Of a stretch of 62,000 bases of DNA, positions 12,723 through 25,660 are shown piece after piece. The translations under genes and the position numbers were made by a program. The notes beneath the pieces are model-generated. The model searched no databases and had not been told where the DNA came from. It saw only the letters and a list, made by a program, of their open reading frames with translations. Every line of letters starts with the position of its first letter. Within the stretch, counting starts at the first letter, position 1. Origin of the DNA: Octopus vulgaris (lineage: Eukaryota); NCBI GenBank assembly GCA_951406725.2, contig OX597823.1:38274001-38336000 (forward strand), written 5' to 3'.

Positions 12723-12999
12723 CATACACACACCCCCACCTACAAAGACACACACACATATATAAATATGTATGTACATGTGTATGCATGCATATGTGTG
12801 TGTTTGTTTTCTCCATGTCTTGATACTGTGTGAAAGTTGTAAATGAGCATCACTATCATACAAGCAGTGTCCTTAATTTTTAATTTCCTGTAAAAACATG
12901 TCAGGCCAGTGAGGGTTGGTGACAAGAAGAGCATCCAACCATAGAAAATCCACCTCAATGATTTCCCTTCGGCTTATGCAAGCATGGAAAAGTAGACAT

Positions 13000-13069
13000 T
13001 GAAATGATAATGATGATGATGATGACAATGATGATGAAGATGAATACGATGATAAATATGATGATGAAT

Positions 13070-13126
<57 letters not shown>
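13000..13126. repeat. (GAT)n microsatellite tail of an RTE-tailed repeat (12800-13126)
   Basis: Directly visible. Confidence 0.85.
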
Positions 13127-13334
13127 CTATATTTATAACAACAAAAAAATTTGTGAGTAGTTTCTTAGTTTATTTAAAGACAAACATAAATGGTCTTTAA
13201 ATAAATAATCCTAGTTTATATCTTGTGCTGGAAGTCACTTAAAGATTGATTTTGTAGTATTAGACTTAAAAGTTTAAGATGTAAAGAGTTTGTATGTGCA
13301 TGTGTGTGTGTGTGCGTGCGTGTGTGTGTGTGTG

Positions 13335-13985
13335 TGAATTCTTCACTGTACTCGTTGCCAACCCTCACCTTACTGACAGCATCTCTGTACATGGCTTGTA
13401 TAGCTCTCACTAACCATTCATCTATCCCTAGTTTCCACATTGACCACAAGATAAAGGATTGGGAGACCCAGTCATAGGCTTTCTCCATGTCAGTGAAAGC
13501 TAGGTACAGAGGTTTATCTTTGGCTAGGTATTTCTCCTGCAGCTGTCTTACCAGAAATATAGCATCAGTGGTGCTTTTCCCCGGCACAAACCCAAACTGC
13601 ATCTCATCTCGACTGACTTTCTCCCTACTTAGTTGGGCTATGACACTCTCCGTGACTTTCATTACCTGATCCAATAACTTGATACCTCAGTAATTATTTG
13701 TATCTAATAATGCATCATCTTTACCTTTGTATCAGTTGACTATGGTGCTGCTACACCAGTCATTGGGTATGACTCCTTCATGTACCACCTCACTGACTAT
13801 ACGGGTGACTAGACTATAGCTGACACCACCAGATATTTTTAGCATCTCTGCGATGATTCCTGATGGGCCGGGGGCTTTCCCTGTTTTCATATTCTTAATT
13901 GCTTTATCTACCAATGTACTGTCAATTCAGATAGCTGGTCTTGCTGTTGGGTCAACATTCAGAAAACTCTTTCTCCCATTCATTC
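13335..13985 (-). mobile_element. RTE LINE reverse-transcriptase fragment
   Basis: ORFs KAPGPSGIIAEMLK and DEMQFGFVPGKSTTDAIFLVRQLQEKYLAKDKPLYLAFTDMEKAYD. Confidence 0.93.
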
Positions 13986-14689
13986 TCTTCATACACATTC
14001 TCACAATTTTACACACACACAAATACACATAATGGGAATGTATACAAAATTATATGCAGCTTCAAATTCAAATGAATATAAACAGATTTATTAATGTACA
14101 AGAAGACACAGCTTGGAATTTACCCTCATCATCATCATTTAACATCCGTTTCCATGCTGACATAGATCGGACAGTTTGACAGTGACAGGCAATTCAGAAG
14201 ATGGCACCAGGATTCACTGTCAAGGTGAGGGGATCAGAATATAAATGGGATAGTAGAGATAAATAGTAGAGAGGTGCCAGGGCATACCCTCAAGGTATGA
14301 GGATTATAATATAAATGGGATGGTAGAGTATTGCCAATAGTGCATGAATAGGGAGTAGGGACTTCACATGAGTGCAAAGAGTGTGGAGGTGGGGAATGCA
14401 GTGACTGGTGAAATATGGGTGTCTAGAAAAGGTGGGGGGACAACTGTACATCAATGAAACAGTAAGCAGGTCAGTGAAGACAGGATTAGGGAGTTGGGGA
14501 GCAATGTAGAGAATGCAGAGAAGGAGAGTCTGCCAAATGTAGACTCAACTGAGGGATCAGCTATCCAAATCAACGGTAGCTTGGTAGATAAAATAATTTA
14601 GGATATGAAGGCAGAGAAAGCCTGTGGTCACTTAAATTTTCACTGCTGAGATACTTAAAATATCTGGTGGAGTGGGATATGGCTTAATC

Positions 14690-16435
14690 ACCTATATAGC
14701 TAATCAGGCTGTCCATGAGGGAGTCATACCCAACGATGAGTGTAGCAGCATTATAATCAGCTGCTACTAAAGCAAAGGTGATGCTTTAGACAGAAATTAC
14801 TGCAGAGGCATCAAATTGCTGGACTAAGTGATGAAAGTTACAGAGAGGGTCATAGCTCAATTAATTAGGAAGAAAGTTGGCGTAGATGAGATGCAGTTTG
14901 GATTTTTGCCAGGTAGAAGCACAATTGATGTTATATTCGTGGTTAGGCAACTGCAGGAGAAGTATTTAGTCCAAAATAAAACTCTGTACTTGGCTTTTGT
15001 TGACATGGAGAAAGTCTTTCACAGGGTCCCCCCACTCCCTAACTGGTGGTCAGTGCAGAAGCTAGGGATAGATGAATGGTTGGTGAGGGCTGCACAAGTC
15101 ATGTACAGGAATGCTGCCAGTAAAGTGAAGGTTGGCAACAAGTATAGCAATGAATTCAGTGTACAGGTAGGAGTTCACCAAGGTTCAGTTCTCAGCTCCC
15201 TCTTATTTATTTTAGTTCTCCAGGCCTTAACAGAGGAATTCAATACTGACTGCCCTTGGAAGCTTCTCTATGCTGATAACCTTGTTCTTACAGGCGAATC
15301 ACCACCTTACCTAAAAAAGACTCCGCCGGTTACGACGACGAGGGTCCCAGCTGATACGATCAACGGAACAGCTTGCTCGTGAAATTAACGTGCAAATGGC
15401 TGAGCATTCCACAGACATGTGTACCCTTAACGTAGTTCTCGGGGATAATCAGCGTGACACAGAGAGTGACAAGGCTGACCCTTTGAAATACAAGTACAAC
15501 TCATTTTTGCCAGCTGAGTGGACTGGAGCAACGTGAAATAAAGTGTCTTGCTCAAGGACACAACGCGTCGCCGGGAATCGAACTCACAATCTTACGATCA
15601 TGAGCCGAATGCCCTAACCACTAAGCCACGCGCCCTCACTTCCACCTTACCTAGAGAAGAAATTTCAGGCATGGAAACATGGTCTGGAATCAAAGAGCGT
15701 CAGAGTTAATTCAGCAAAAACAAAAGCCCTAGTAAGTAGGAAAACAGACAAATCTCAAGTCCCTTCAGAGAGAAGGTGCTGTTTGATATGTAAAAACTCC
15801 TTACTTTGTACCCAGTGCTAGCTTTGGACACATAAGAGGTGTAGCAGTATCACAGGAAGGTTAATAGAGTAAATAGTCTTTGTGTGTGGCAGATGTGTGG
15901 GTACAATAAGCACAAATAATGTGCAGACAATAGACTCCCTCAAATGCTTAGGGTTATCATTAGAAGTAGTAGAAAGCCTATTTTACCTAGGTGATCAATT
16001 TAGCAGTGGAAGAGGTAGTTCTGAAAATGTAGTTGCTAGAATAAGAATGGGCTGGGCAAAGTTTAGAGAGGTTCTACCTTTGTTGGTAACTAAAGGCCTC
16101 TCCCTCAGAGTGAAAGGCAGATTGCATGATGCCTCTGTATGCACAGCCATGGGTTTTGACTCCAGAGGTGTTGTAAGGGCTTGAAAGAAATGAAGCTAGT
16201 ATGGGTAATGAAGCTGGATGGGTAATGTCTGTGTGTATGCATGATAGAGTGTAAATGATTTAAGAGGAAAACTGTGTACAAGAGCCATCAGATGTATGCA
16301 AGAGAGAAGACTGCACTGGTTTGGTCATGTGATGCATATGGATGTGGACAGCTGTGTAAAGAAGTGCTGAGCTCTAATTGTGGAGGGAATTTGTGGAAGT
16401 GGTAAACTAAGGAAGACATGGGATGAAGTCGTGAG
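14690..16435 (+). mobile_element. RTE LINE RT region, decayed and split by a SINE
   Basis: QFGFLPGRSTIDVIFVVRQLQEKY, GVHQGSVLSSLLF, LLYADNL, CGRC Zn-knuckle insertion, YLGD and GWAKFREVLPLL motifs. Confidence 0.93.
15314..15641 (-). mobile_element. Young tRNA-derived SINE (family B, CORE-like) with 12-bp TSD
   Basis: CpG-rich. Head gcgcgtggcttagtggttaggg...gagttcgattcccgg. TSD ccaccttaccta at 15302-15313 and 15642-15653. Confidence 0.92.
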
Positions 16436-16638
16436 AAATATATATATATATATATATTTATCAATATAGGGTAGCAAAAAAATTCAAGAAAAAATTCAAG
16501 AAAAATTTTCTGCAACCAGCGGTCAAGTGAGAAAATAGAAATAGTCACAAACTATATAATATATTCAACAAAATATTAAGGAAAGACCCTTACAGGTCGT
16601 TCGACTCACTTGAAAAGAGCAGTCGCCTTTTCTTTTGG

Positions 16639-16737
16639 GACTTTGCTGATGAAACAAACCAATCGTAAACGGATTTAATTTAATTTAATTAAGTTCGATT
16701 GCGTTAAAATTGTTGAAACCTTGCAGGGTACAAAGTT
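16639..16737 (+). ncRNA. Type I hammerhead ribozyme (copy 1)
   Basis: Helix I gactttg/caaagtt, core CTGATGA (16646-52), helix II aacaa/ttgtt with aatcg/cgatt extension, GAAA (16715-18), short quasi-palindromic helix III ccttgcaggg, GUA cleavage after 16730. Confidence 0.85.
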
Positions 16738-17130
16738 GGAAAAGGATAAATGTTTTTATTTCTCCTTTAGCTTTCAGAATTACTACTATTTTTGCGGTTT
16801 GAGTTTTGGCTGCTCTTTGCAAGTGAGTTGAACGACCTGTAAGGGTCTTTCCTTAATATTTTGTTGAATATATTATATAGTCTGTGACTATTTCTATTTT
16901 CTCACTTGACCGCTGGTTGCAGAAAATTTTTCTTGAATTTTTTCTTGAATTTTTTTGCTACCCTATATTGATAAATTAATAATTTTTGACTAATTCTGAA
17001 ATTGTATCAGCAGTTTATATTTGCTGCTGAGTAGTTGGCGCGGTTACGTTAGATTTCGAAAAATTAGGATATATATACTCGGGGCTTCAGTGGTATAGCC
17101 TCGTGTGTATATGTTCGCCTTTTCTTTTGG

Positions 17131-17229
17131 GACTTTGCTGATGAAACAAACCAATCGTAAACGGATTTAATTTAATTTAATTAAGTTCGATTGCGTAAAA
17201 ATTGTTGAAACTTTGCAGGGTACAAAGTT
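17131..17229 (+). ncRNA. Type I hammerhead ribozyme (copy 2)
   Basis: Same architecture. CTGATGA at 17138-44, GAAA at 17207-10, helix III ctttgcaggg, GUA cleavage after 17222. Confidence 0.85.
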
Positions 17230-17275
17230 GGAAAAGGATAAATGTTTTTATTTCTCCTTTAGCTTTCAGAATTAC

Positions 17276-17360
<85 letters not shown>

Positions 17361-17837
17361 TATACATACATTCACGCTCACACATACACACACATATACA
17401 TGACCAGTGCCCAGTTTCTATTTTTCTTCCTTTATCTCTTCCTTTCTTACACTGGTCCCTTAGCTGACCAGTCGCAAATTCTCTATCTCTCAGTTCTACA
17501 TCCTTCAAGACATTTTCTAAATGTTACTCACTATTCCCGTCATATTTTGTTTGACTGTTTGTCCTCATCCACCATTCTAAATCACACTCTGTGTTGTTTT
17601 GCTTGGTTTGTTTTGTTTTGTTTGATCTTGTCCATAATTCTCCACAAGAAAAAAATTTTTTGTGGGTGCCACCAATTGGGAAGCACTCAGTCTTATCATT
17701 AACGGAACGAAACAGATCAGTACCAATTGGTCAGTAACTGATGAAGAATTATTGACCTTCTGTTTGTCTTCTGTTCGTTTTTACATTCAGTATATGTTAC
17801 ATTGTTTGTTTATACATTTTTAATTTACACATATATA

Positions 17838-19007
17838 TATCAGGTCATCCCATAACTTCTGTCTGATTTTACCTTTTTAAAAATTGACTGAAATTTAATA
17901 GTATTTTAGAATGTCTAATGGAATTAAAAATTATTTTTATGCATTTGTATATATTTAAACTAATTAAATATTATTTTATACGATAATAGAATTAAAATTT
18001 CTTTGATTAAAACCCTTTCTAGTATGGAAGTATCCAAAGAGCATTTGAGGTACATAATGATTTATGAGTACAAAAAAGGAAACTCTGCAGCTGAAGCAAC
18101 TCAAAACATACACTCAGTTTATGGGAAAGAATGCTTGAATGAAAGAACTTGCAGAAGATGGTTTGCAAAATTCAGAAGTGGAGATTTCAGCTTTGAAGAT
18201 GAAGATCGAACAGGACATCCAGGAAGAAAATCCTGCATTATCAGTTGAAGAGTTGGCTTGCAACAACTTGAAAAGGTTCCTAAACTTGGAAAATGAATTG
18301 TCCGAAAGCAACTACAAATCCCGAATTGACATCTGCTCTTCTCTCCATTCTCGCGAACTCATTTTTGGATAGATTTGTGATTGGTGACAACAAATGGATC
18401 TTCTATCGAAATGTGAAACATCATAAACACTTGCTTGGTAAAAGGGAAAAAGCTCAACCACAACCGAGAAGGGAACTTCATGGAAAAAAGGTTCTTCTCT
18501 CTATCTGGTGGGATTGCAAAGGAGTAATTCACTTTGAATTGTTACCACCTAAAGCAACAATCAATGCTCAAGTCTACTGTCAGCAATTAGAGCATTTGAA
18601 CCAAGCTTTGAAGAAAAAAAGACCTGCTTTAGTGAATTGAAAAGAAGTAATGTTTCTTCAGGACAATGTGCAACCCCACACTGCAAAAATCACATCACAG
18701 AAGATCGAAAAGCTTATTTTCCCGACCTTGTTCCTTCAGACTGCCATTTGTTTCATAGTTTACAGAATCATTTGGGGTACATAACTTTCGAAAGCCAGGA
18801 GGAGGTTGATACTAACATTTCAGAGTTCTTCACTTTGAAAGCAAAAGAGTTTTACATTGATGGGATTAAAAAGCTTGTAAATAGATGAAAGGAAGTCATA
18901 GATAATCAGGGAAAGTACACTGATGATTAAATTTCAATTAAATATAACATTTGATCACTTGTTTTCTTTATTCGAAATTCGGACAGAACTTATGGGATGG
19001 CCTGATA
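17838..19007 (+). mobile_element. Mariner DNA transposon (family B), near full-length, frameshifted
   Basis: TIRs tatcaggtcatcccataa / ttatgggatggcctgata in TA. Motifs EHLRYIMIYEY, RRWFAKF, VIGDNKWIFY, LSIWWDCKGVIHFELL and PDLVPSDCHLF. Confidence 0.95.
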
Positions 19008-19018
19008 TATATACATAG

Positions 19019-19185
19019 ACACAGGAGTGGCTGTGTGGTAAGTAGCTTGTTCACCAACCACATAGTTCTGGGTTCAGTCCCACTGTCTGGCACCTTGGGC
19101 AAGTGTCTTCTACTATAGCCTCGGGCTGACCAAAGCCTTGTGAGTGGATTTGGTAGACGGAAACTGAAAGTAGCCTGGCGTATTT
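19019..19185 (+). mobile_element. SINE family A 5' half
   Basis: Matches the head and centre of the 3895 copy. Confidence 0.85.
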
Positions 19186-19259
19186 ATATATGTGTATATG
19201 TATATGTTTATGTGTATGTGTGAATAGTATGTTCAGGAGTGTTCTGGTTGTCTTAAAGG

Positions 19260-19510
19260 ACCCCATCATCATCCTTATCATCATCATGGTCATTGTCATC
19301 ATCATCACTACCACCACCACCACAATCACCACAACCTCCATTACCATCATCATTGTTGTCATCGTCGTCGTCATCATCATCATCATCATCATCATCACTG
19401 CTGCTGCCACCACCACCACTATCACCAACATCGCCTTGTTGTCACCACTGCCACCATCACCACCATCATCCTTGTTGGCATTGGTATTGTTAGCATCATC
19501 ATCACTATTG
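19260..19510. repeat. (CAT)n/(CAC)n degenerate trinucleotide tract
   Basis: Directly visible. Confidence 0.9.
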
Positions 19511-19781
19511 CCTTTAGTACCTTCATTTCTCCCTTTAAACAGTTCCCACATGTTGCTGCATGTGTAATGCAGTTTATACCTCAGCTGTCCCAATAATAAC
19601 ACTACGTACATGTACAATGGCAGCAGTGATATTCTGTTTAAAGCAATCAGTCAGTCACTCTACACTCTGTGGAGGACAGTGAAAAAGTTGGTTTAGTATC
19701 TATTGATCTACTAATGAGTAAGTAATAAATATTAAAATACGGTCTTACTTGTTACTCCTTTTTATTGATTTATTTACTTAC

Positions 19782-19832
19782 CACATTGCTCTAATTAGTT
19801 TTGGTATTCCTTCAATGAGAAGGAAAAATTTT
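19782..19832 (-). CDS. Candidate 51-nt coding exon (x-KFFLLIEGIPKLIRAM-TG), unknown protein
   Basis: Long polypyrimidine acceptor ending ttatcctag| and strong donor ATGTG|gtaagt. Symmetric length, with only one frame open. Confidence 0.45.
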
Positions 19833-20537
19833 CTAGGATAAGAGTCAACAAATGAGATTGTAAGAAGGAATAAAATAAAAGTATGGAATAAAAAGCAAAT
19901 TTCATTAATCTTCAGAGTTGCAGTGGAACTGTGTGTGCTATTGACCAGGTTGTAGTTATGTAACAAAAATTTTGACACTTGATAAAATAATTTGAATTTT
20001 AAAATGAATTTAATAGCTTTCTGTGTTATTTAAATGGTTCATCCAAGATATAGTTGCTCCAATTTTAACATACAATCTCCAGTCAAGTCATTTGCTACAC
20101 AAATACAACTCTGAAATATGTGTGAATGCATGTGTAGTGTGTGTGGTGTATGTGTGCAAATATGTGTGTGTGTGTATGCACCCATATTTTACATTGTCCT
20201 CACCCCACCCCAAGCACTTAATCATCATCCCATCTCCACCATCATACATTTTCTCATGCTCCATGTATTATGCCTGCCTCTCTCTGCTCCACTCCACTCT
20301 TGAAACCTACCCAACCATTTGTCCTCACTCTCCCTCCCTTCCTCTCTCTCTCTCTCACCTTCCCTCTGTTTACTGCATCATCATAACTCTTTTACTGCGC
20401 TTCATCCCATCATCATTGGTACCTCCTGCTTTATACCCATCATTCACTACATCCACACTTCAACCCTACTCACTCTTCCCTACTTTCCTTACTTATCATC
20501 CACTCAGCACCTGTTCTTCATAATATCCACCTCCTTC

Positions 20538-20745
20538 AGGTGGCGAGCTGGCAGAATCATTAGCACATTGAGCAAAATGCTTAGCAGTATTTCGTTCATC
20601 TTTATGTTCTGAGCTCAAACTTCACCCCGGTTAACTTTGCCTTTCATCCTTCTGGGGTCGATAAAATAAGTACCAGTTGAGTACTGGAGTCAATGTAATC
20701 AACTAGCCCCTCCCCTGAAATTGTTGGCCTTGTTCCAAAATTTGA
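20538..20745 (+). mobile_element. tRNA-derived SINE (family C)
   Basis: ggcgagctggcagaatcattagcac...gagctcaaac...ctttgcctttcatcct. Further copies at about 25440-25660, 30698-30929 (-), 40208-40395, 49490-49620 (-) and 55560-55700 (-). Confidence 0.85.
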
Positions 20746-22345
20746 AACCAATATTCACCTCCTCATCATTTCCCATCTCTCATTATTTCATACACTCTGG
20801 CAACCTTCCCTCATTCACTTCTACTCACCTTGTTGTATGTTGAGGGTCTACATAACTGTCTCATCACCATTATTCCTATTTCTTTCCTCCTCCACTATGA
20901 TTAACCCACTTCACCCTCTCTTCTAAAATGTAAGTAGCCATGTGTTTGCTCTACACCAAGAAAGCTGTTCTGCTCTGGGCCTCTTCTCTCATCTTTAACC
21001 CTTCATCTCTTAGCATAAAGCCGTATCTCCACAGAGTTATAGTCTTCTTGCAAGCTGCATGGTAACCTCACTGAGGATGGTGGCATGAAAAAAAAGCACC
21101 TGGTATACATTTATGTTCCAAAGGTCATCCAGCTGTAGAAACCATACCAAAGTAGACAATGGATAATGATGCAGTCCTCAGATCTTGTCAAACTCTCTAA
21201 TTCATACCAGCATGGAACAAGAGTGTTAAATGATGATGATGATGATGACAATGACGATGATACTGATGATATCTATCCATGCACACACACACACAAATAT
21301 ATATGCATAAATACATGTGTGTGTGTATTAGCTTTTTTTCCTGTTTGTTCCAACTTCATTCAGTCTAATTTTCTTTCATTTCTCCTGCTTAATTTTATAA
21401 CATTATTCTTTGTTTAATCATTTGAAACTAAACCCAACTCATTTCTGATACATCATTTCAACAAACATAAACTTGACTCACTCCTCACGAATAAATTAGT
21501 ATAATACCCTGAGATGGTTTTAAGCCCCACTACTAGAAGTTGGTGGTTGGGGTAGTGAGATATGATATTCTAACTTTGTCTTAGTTGTTCTATTTGTAAT
21601 TTAACTCCAGCTTAATTGTAACCAGCTAGGTTCACTCCATCTTTGGTTGCATTATTCAGAATATTCTTTTCTTCTGGTCAGTTGTGCTGGAAGGAGATTT
21701 TGTTGCTATTTTTTGGTATATCTTTGGTTTCTTTTTTTGTTTAAGCCTTTTGTTATCATATTCTTATTAAAATAAATTGCCTATGTTTCAGTTGGGTTTG
21801 AAAATAACAAAGAATTTAGGGAAATAACTTTTGTCATTATTAAGCTGGTGTTTGGAACATAAATGAATATGAAATTTGATGGGAAGTTTTAATTTAGACC
21901 AATTTAAAACAGGAAGTTTGGACTATAGAACCAGGGGTTCTATGATACAGGCTTCTTGGACAATTTGGTATCAAAAGGATGGTAGGTTGTGTTGGAGGGG
22001 GATTTTGCTGCTATTTCCAGCAACATAATCGACCACAAAGGGACTCCCTTGTGTTTTCATTGTGATTCTTCTTAATAGCATAATCTTCACCAATGCCATT
22101 ATCTAAGTTTCTTTGATCTTTAGCATTTCTTTGCAACAAAATAAGCCATGGAAGTGAAAAATGGGAAGTAAATGTAAAATACATTTCTAGAAGAGATGAT
22201 GGAGGATTTATTTGACTGATTCATTGAATATAGGAATTTGAATCTCAGAGTCAGACAGATTGAGTGGGGGAGGGTTGGGAAAGAGAGTATGGGTAATAAG
22301 TTTTGGGAAGTATATTAGAAAAGTAGCAGCTTGGTAGCTAGCTAC

Positions 22346-22360
22346 AAAGATAGATAGATC

Positions 22361-22435
<75 letters not shown>

Positions 22436-22461
22436 GGACGGACGGACAAGTGGACAGATGA

Positions 22462-22523
<62 letters not shown>

Positions 22524-22524
22524 G

Positions 22525-22570
<46 letters not shown>

Positions 22571-22580
22571 CAGAGAGAGA
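22346..22580. repeat. (GATA)n/(GACA)n microsatellite
   Basis: Directly visible. Confidence 0.97.
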
Positions 22581-23174
22581 TAGCAAAGGAAAGAGGAGAG
22601 AGAGAGAAAAGAGAAAGAGTCAGCTATGAAGACTTGAGTTTGTAATAAGACAAATTATACATATTATCTATTACAAAAAGGTTATGAAATATTTAAGTAA
22701 ATTTCATAGCAAAGTTTCATGTAGAAGAATCAGCCCCTTGGAAAATGTGACAAAATCTTCCTGATATAGCTTTTGTTATGCTGACGATGGGGAAGATAGG
22801 TGGGAGGTAGGCTTCCAAGAGGGGATCACTTCATATAGTTATTAGATCTAGTAATAAGGTGTTCCATAAGTAGATGAGAGTAGCAAAACAATTCTATGGT
22901 TGCTACTGTTGTTGTTGTTCTTGTTGCTGTTGTCACTGTTGTTGTTTTACTCCAAGTTGACCCTGGTTAAACAGAACTATGCCCAAAAGCATTCTCCTTT
23001 TATGGTTTTTCAGGGTCAGCATCATCCAATGCATTCTTTGTTTTTAAAAGCAGAATGTAATTTGAAAATGATTTAGCTGTTGTTTCTAGCAACAACCTTA
23101 CTGGCTCCCTGCTTTCCAGAGAGGTGTAACAAAAATACATTTTTTTGTTTTAGTTTTGTTAAAAGTTATAAGCA

Positions 23175-23229
23175 GAGAGAGAGAGAGAATGAAAGAGAGA
23201 AAGTGAGAGAGAGAGAGAGAAAGGGGGAA

Positions 23230-23307
<78 letters not shown>

Positions 23308-23375
23308 TGACAGAGACAGAGAAAGACAGAGACAAAGAGAGAGACAGAGAGAGAGACAGAGACAGAGAGACAGAT
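23175..23375. repeat. (GA)n/(GACA)n microsatellite
   Basis: Directly visible. Confidence 0.95.
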
Positions 23376-25439
23376 CCAATAACTTTCTTGGGAAGTTTCT
23401 ACAATGAGATAAGCAAAATTACTAAAACAATGATCCAGAAGTAAATAAATCTTAAAAGACTAAACCAATCCATTGCTATTATTTCTTTGTACTTGTTAAG
23501 AGAGCTGGAATTTAGAGATATACTGCTAAGGTGTATTAGCCAAGATGGTCTCAAGTATTACAGACATATGACTTCATGTAGTCTTCCTGTTGTTATTTTT
23601 TATATATATATTTTTTAATTTTTCTTTTAATTCCTCCTAACTGCATTCTCTATGAAAACTACAAGTGTTATTACAGTGTGATCACCACCACTATCACATT
23701 CCCCCCATCCTCACCACCATTACCATTATGACATTCATCGTGTTAGTGGTTGGAGGTTAGTTTATTAACATTTTTCATTTAAGTTTCTTCCCATGTTAAT
23801 TTTGTTTTCCCCTTAATAAATGCTATCCTACTACAATAAATTGTCAATAATAATATTCAGCTAAAAATATGGTTATAATATGGCCATTCAGTAATATAGA
23901 ATAGAAGTAATTTTTTTTGTCCTATGCCCAATCCCCAAATTTCAATACATAAGGACAGGTATGACTGTGTGGCTAAGAATATCAATATCACTTCTCAACT
24001 ACTTGGTTTCTGGTTCAGTCCTGCTTGGGTTGACCAAAGTGTAGTGAGAAAATTTGGGAAATGGAAAGCAAAAGAAGCCTGTCTTGTATGTATATATGTA
24101 TGTATGTGTGTGTGTGTGTATGTATGTGTGAGTGTTTGTGAAGGTGAGTGGCTTAGTGGTTAGAGCTATTCAGCTCACAATCAAAAGGCTGTGAGTTCAA
24201 TAAGCAAGACACTTTATTTCATGTTGCTCCAATCCACTCAGCTGACAAAAATGACAAATCATATTCTGTATCATACTGAAAACTACATTAAAGGTATGTG
24301 TGCCTGTGGAGTGCTCAGCCACATGCATGTTAATTTCATAAGCAGGCTGTTCCACCGATCAGATCAACTGGAACCTTTGTCGTGGTAACTGACAGAGTGC
24401 CAGATGATTGTTTGTCTCCTTATCTTGACATCACTCAGTGGTTACAAACAAGTAATGTCTCTTATTGCCAGTCTTTCATGGAAACATGTGATAATGAAGA
24501 TGGTTAGGATAGGTAAGAGCATTGGAGTACCCTAAATATAGTCAGAGTAAATGCTTTGTGATGTTTAACCCTAGCATCAACCCTTCTGGGTTTATATTAT
24601 ATGGTGAGTGACTTTGAATTTTGATCTTTTGAGGCTCTATGAAGTAAGAACTGTTTATGTATCAGGATTAATTCAACTCCATCCTTCTCTTCTTGACAAA
24701 ATTATGACTTGTGCCAAAGTTAAAAACCAATTTTATTATCTGGTTCATGTTTCAGATTTAAATTTTCTGTTTATTATTACATTTTCATGTTTTAATTTAA
24801 ATAATGTTATTTATTCTTTTCATTGCAACAATGGCATTGTTGAAATGAAAACAAATACTGTGTGATAAATAAGAGGATGACATATATCCCAAGAAATTCC
24901 ATTTACAATTTCTAGATTCATAAATTCTTATGATATATTGATAATATAATTAACTAATTAACTATTAGTTCCAAACCAATTCTTGACAATGTTGCGTGAT
25001 TATGTTATTTGTCTGCATTAAGATTTCCACAATACATGAGGTCTACTAATTTATAAAAGTGTTTATTTTTGTCTTTCACTGACATTTTTTGGTAAAATAA
25101 GACCATACACATTTGTCTGTGTTCTTGAAAATTAAGAAATTAACCCTCTATAAATTTATGTAGTATGACTGATTCCACTGAATTTAGGGATGTCATGTAA
25201 TTCTTTCTGATAATCTTTGAGATTGTCATTTGTAATAACCAGTAGTTCTATGTTATGTGCATTCTACGTGGATTATTTTACATACCAAAAATGTTTCCGA
25301 TTTTTTAAATCACCCTCGAAGAATGGAAGATAAAATGGAAACCAGGAATTGATCCTACAGCACAAAGAACTAACTAAAACTTCTACAGTCATGTCAATCT
25401 CTACAATCATGTATGCTACCAATATTTCATGACATTAAG

Positions 25440-25660
25440 ATAGTGAGCTGACAGAATTGTTAGCGTACTGGGCAAAATGTTTAGCAGCATTTTGTCTGTC
25501 TTTACATCCTGAGCTCAAATTCCTCCAAGGTCGACTTTGCCTTTCATCCTTTCGGGGGTAGATGAAGAAAGTACCAGATGAACACTGAGTAGGGGGCCAA
25601 TGTAATCGACTTACCCTTCCCCTAAAATTGCTGGCTTTGTGCCAAAATTTGAAACCAATA
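25440..25660 (+). mobile_element. SINE family C
   Basis: Collinear with the 20538 copy. Confidence 0.85.

Larger units (their letters stand above)
16456..17280 (+). mobile_element. Non-coding Penelope-derived/retrozyme-like insertion with tandem HHRs and a 5' inverted segment
   Basis: Direct repeat 16623-16789 / 17115-17281, each copy containing an HHR. 16456-16622 is the reverse complement of 16810-16976. Flanked by (TA)n on both sides. Confidence 0.8.

Noticed and set aside
17700-17800. cgaaac...gta...ctgatga arrangement resembling a permuted (type II) hammerhead
   Set aside because: Helix I cannot form next to the core and helix II partners are not convincing.
18003-18888. SETMAR-like host gene
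   Set aside because: No SET domain; TIR-bounded and frameshifted, so an ordinary mariner copy.
25285-25355. Minus-strand exon-like segment (INSWFPFYLPFFEGDLKNRKHF)
   Set aside because: It overlaps a transposon-TIR-like gagggtgatttaaaaaatcggaaac and would create a TGA when joined to the 19832 exon.
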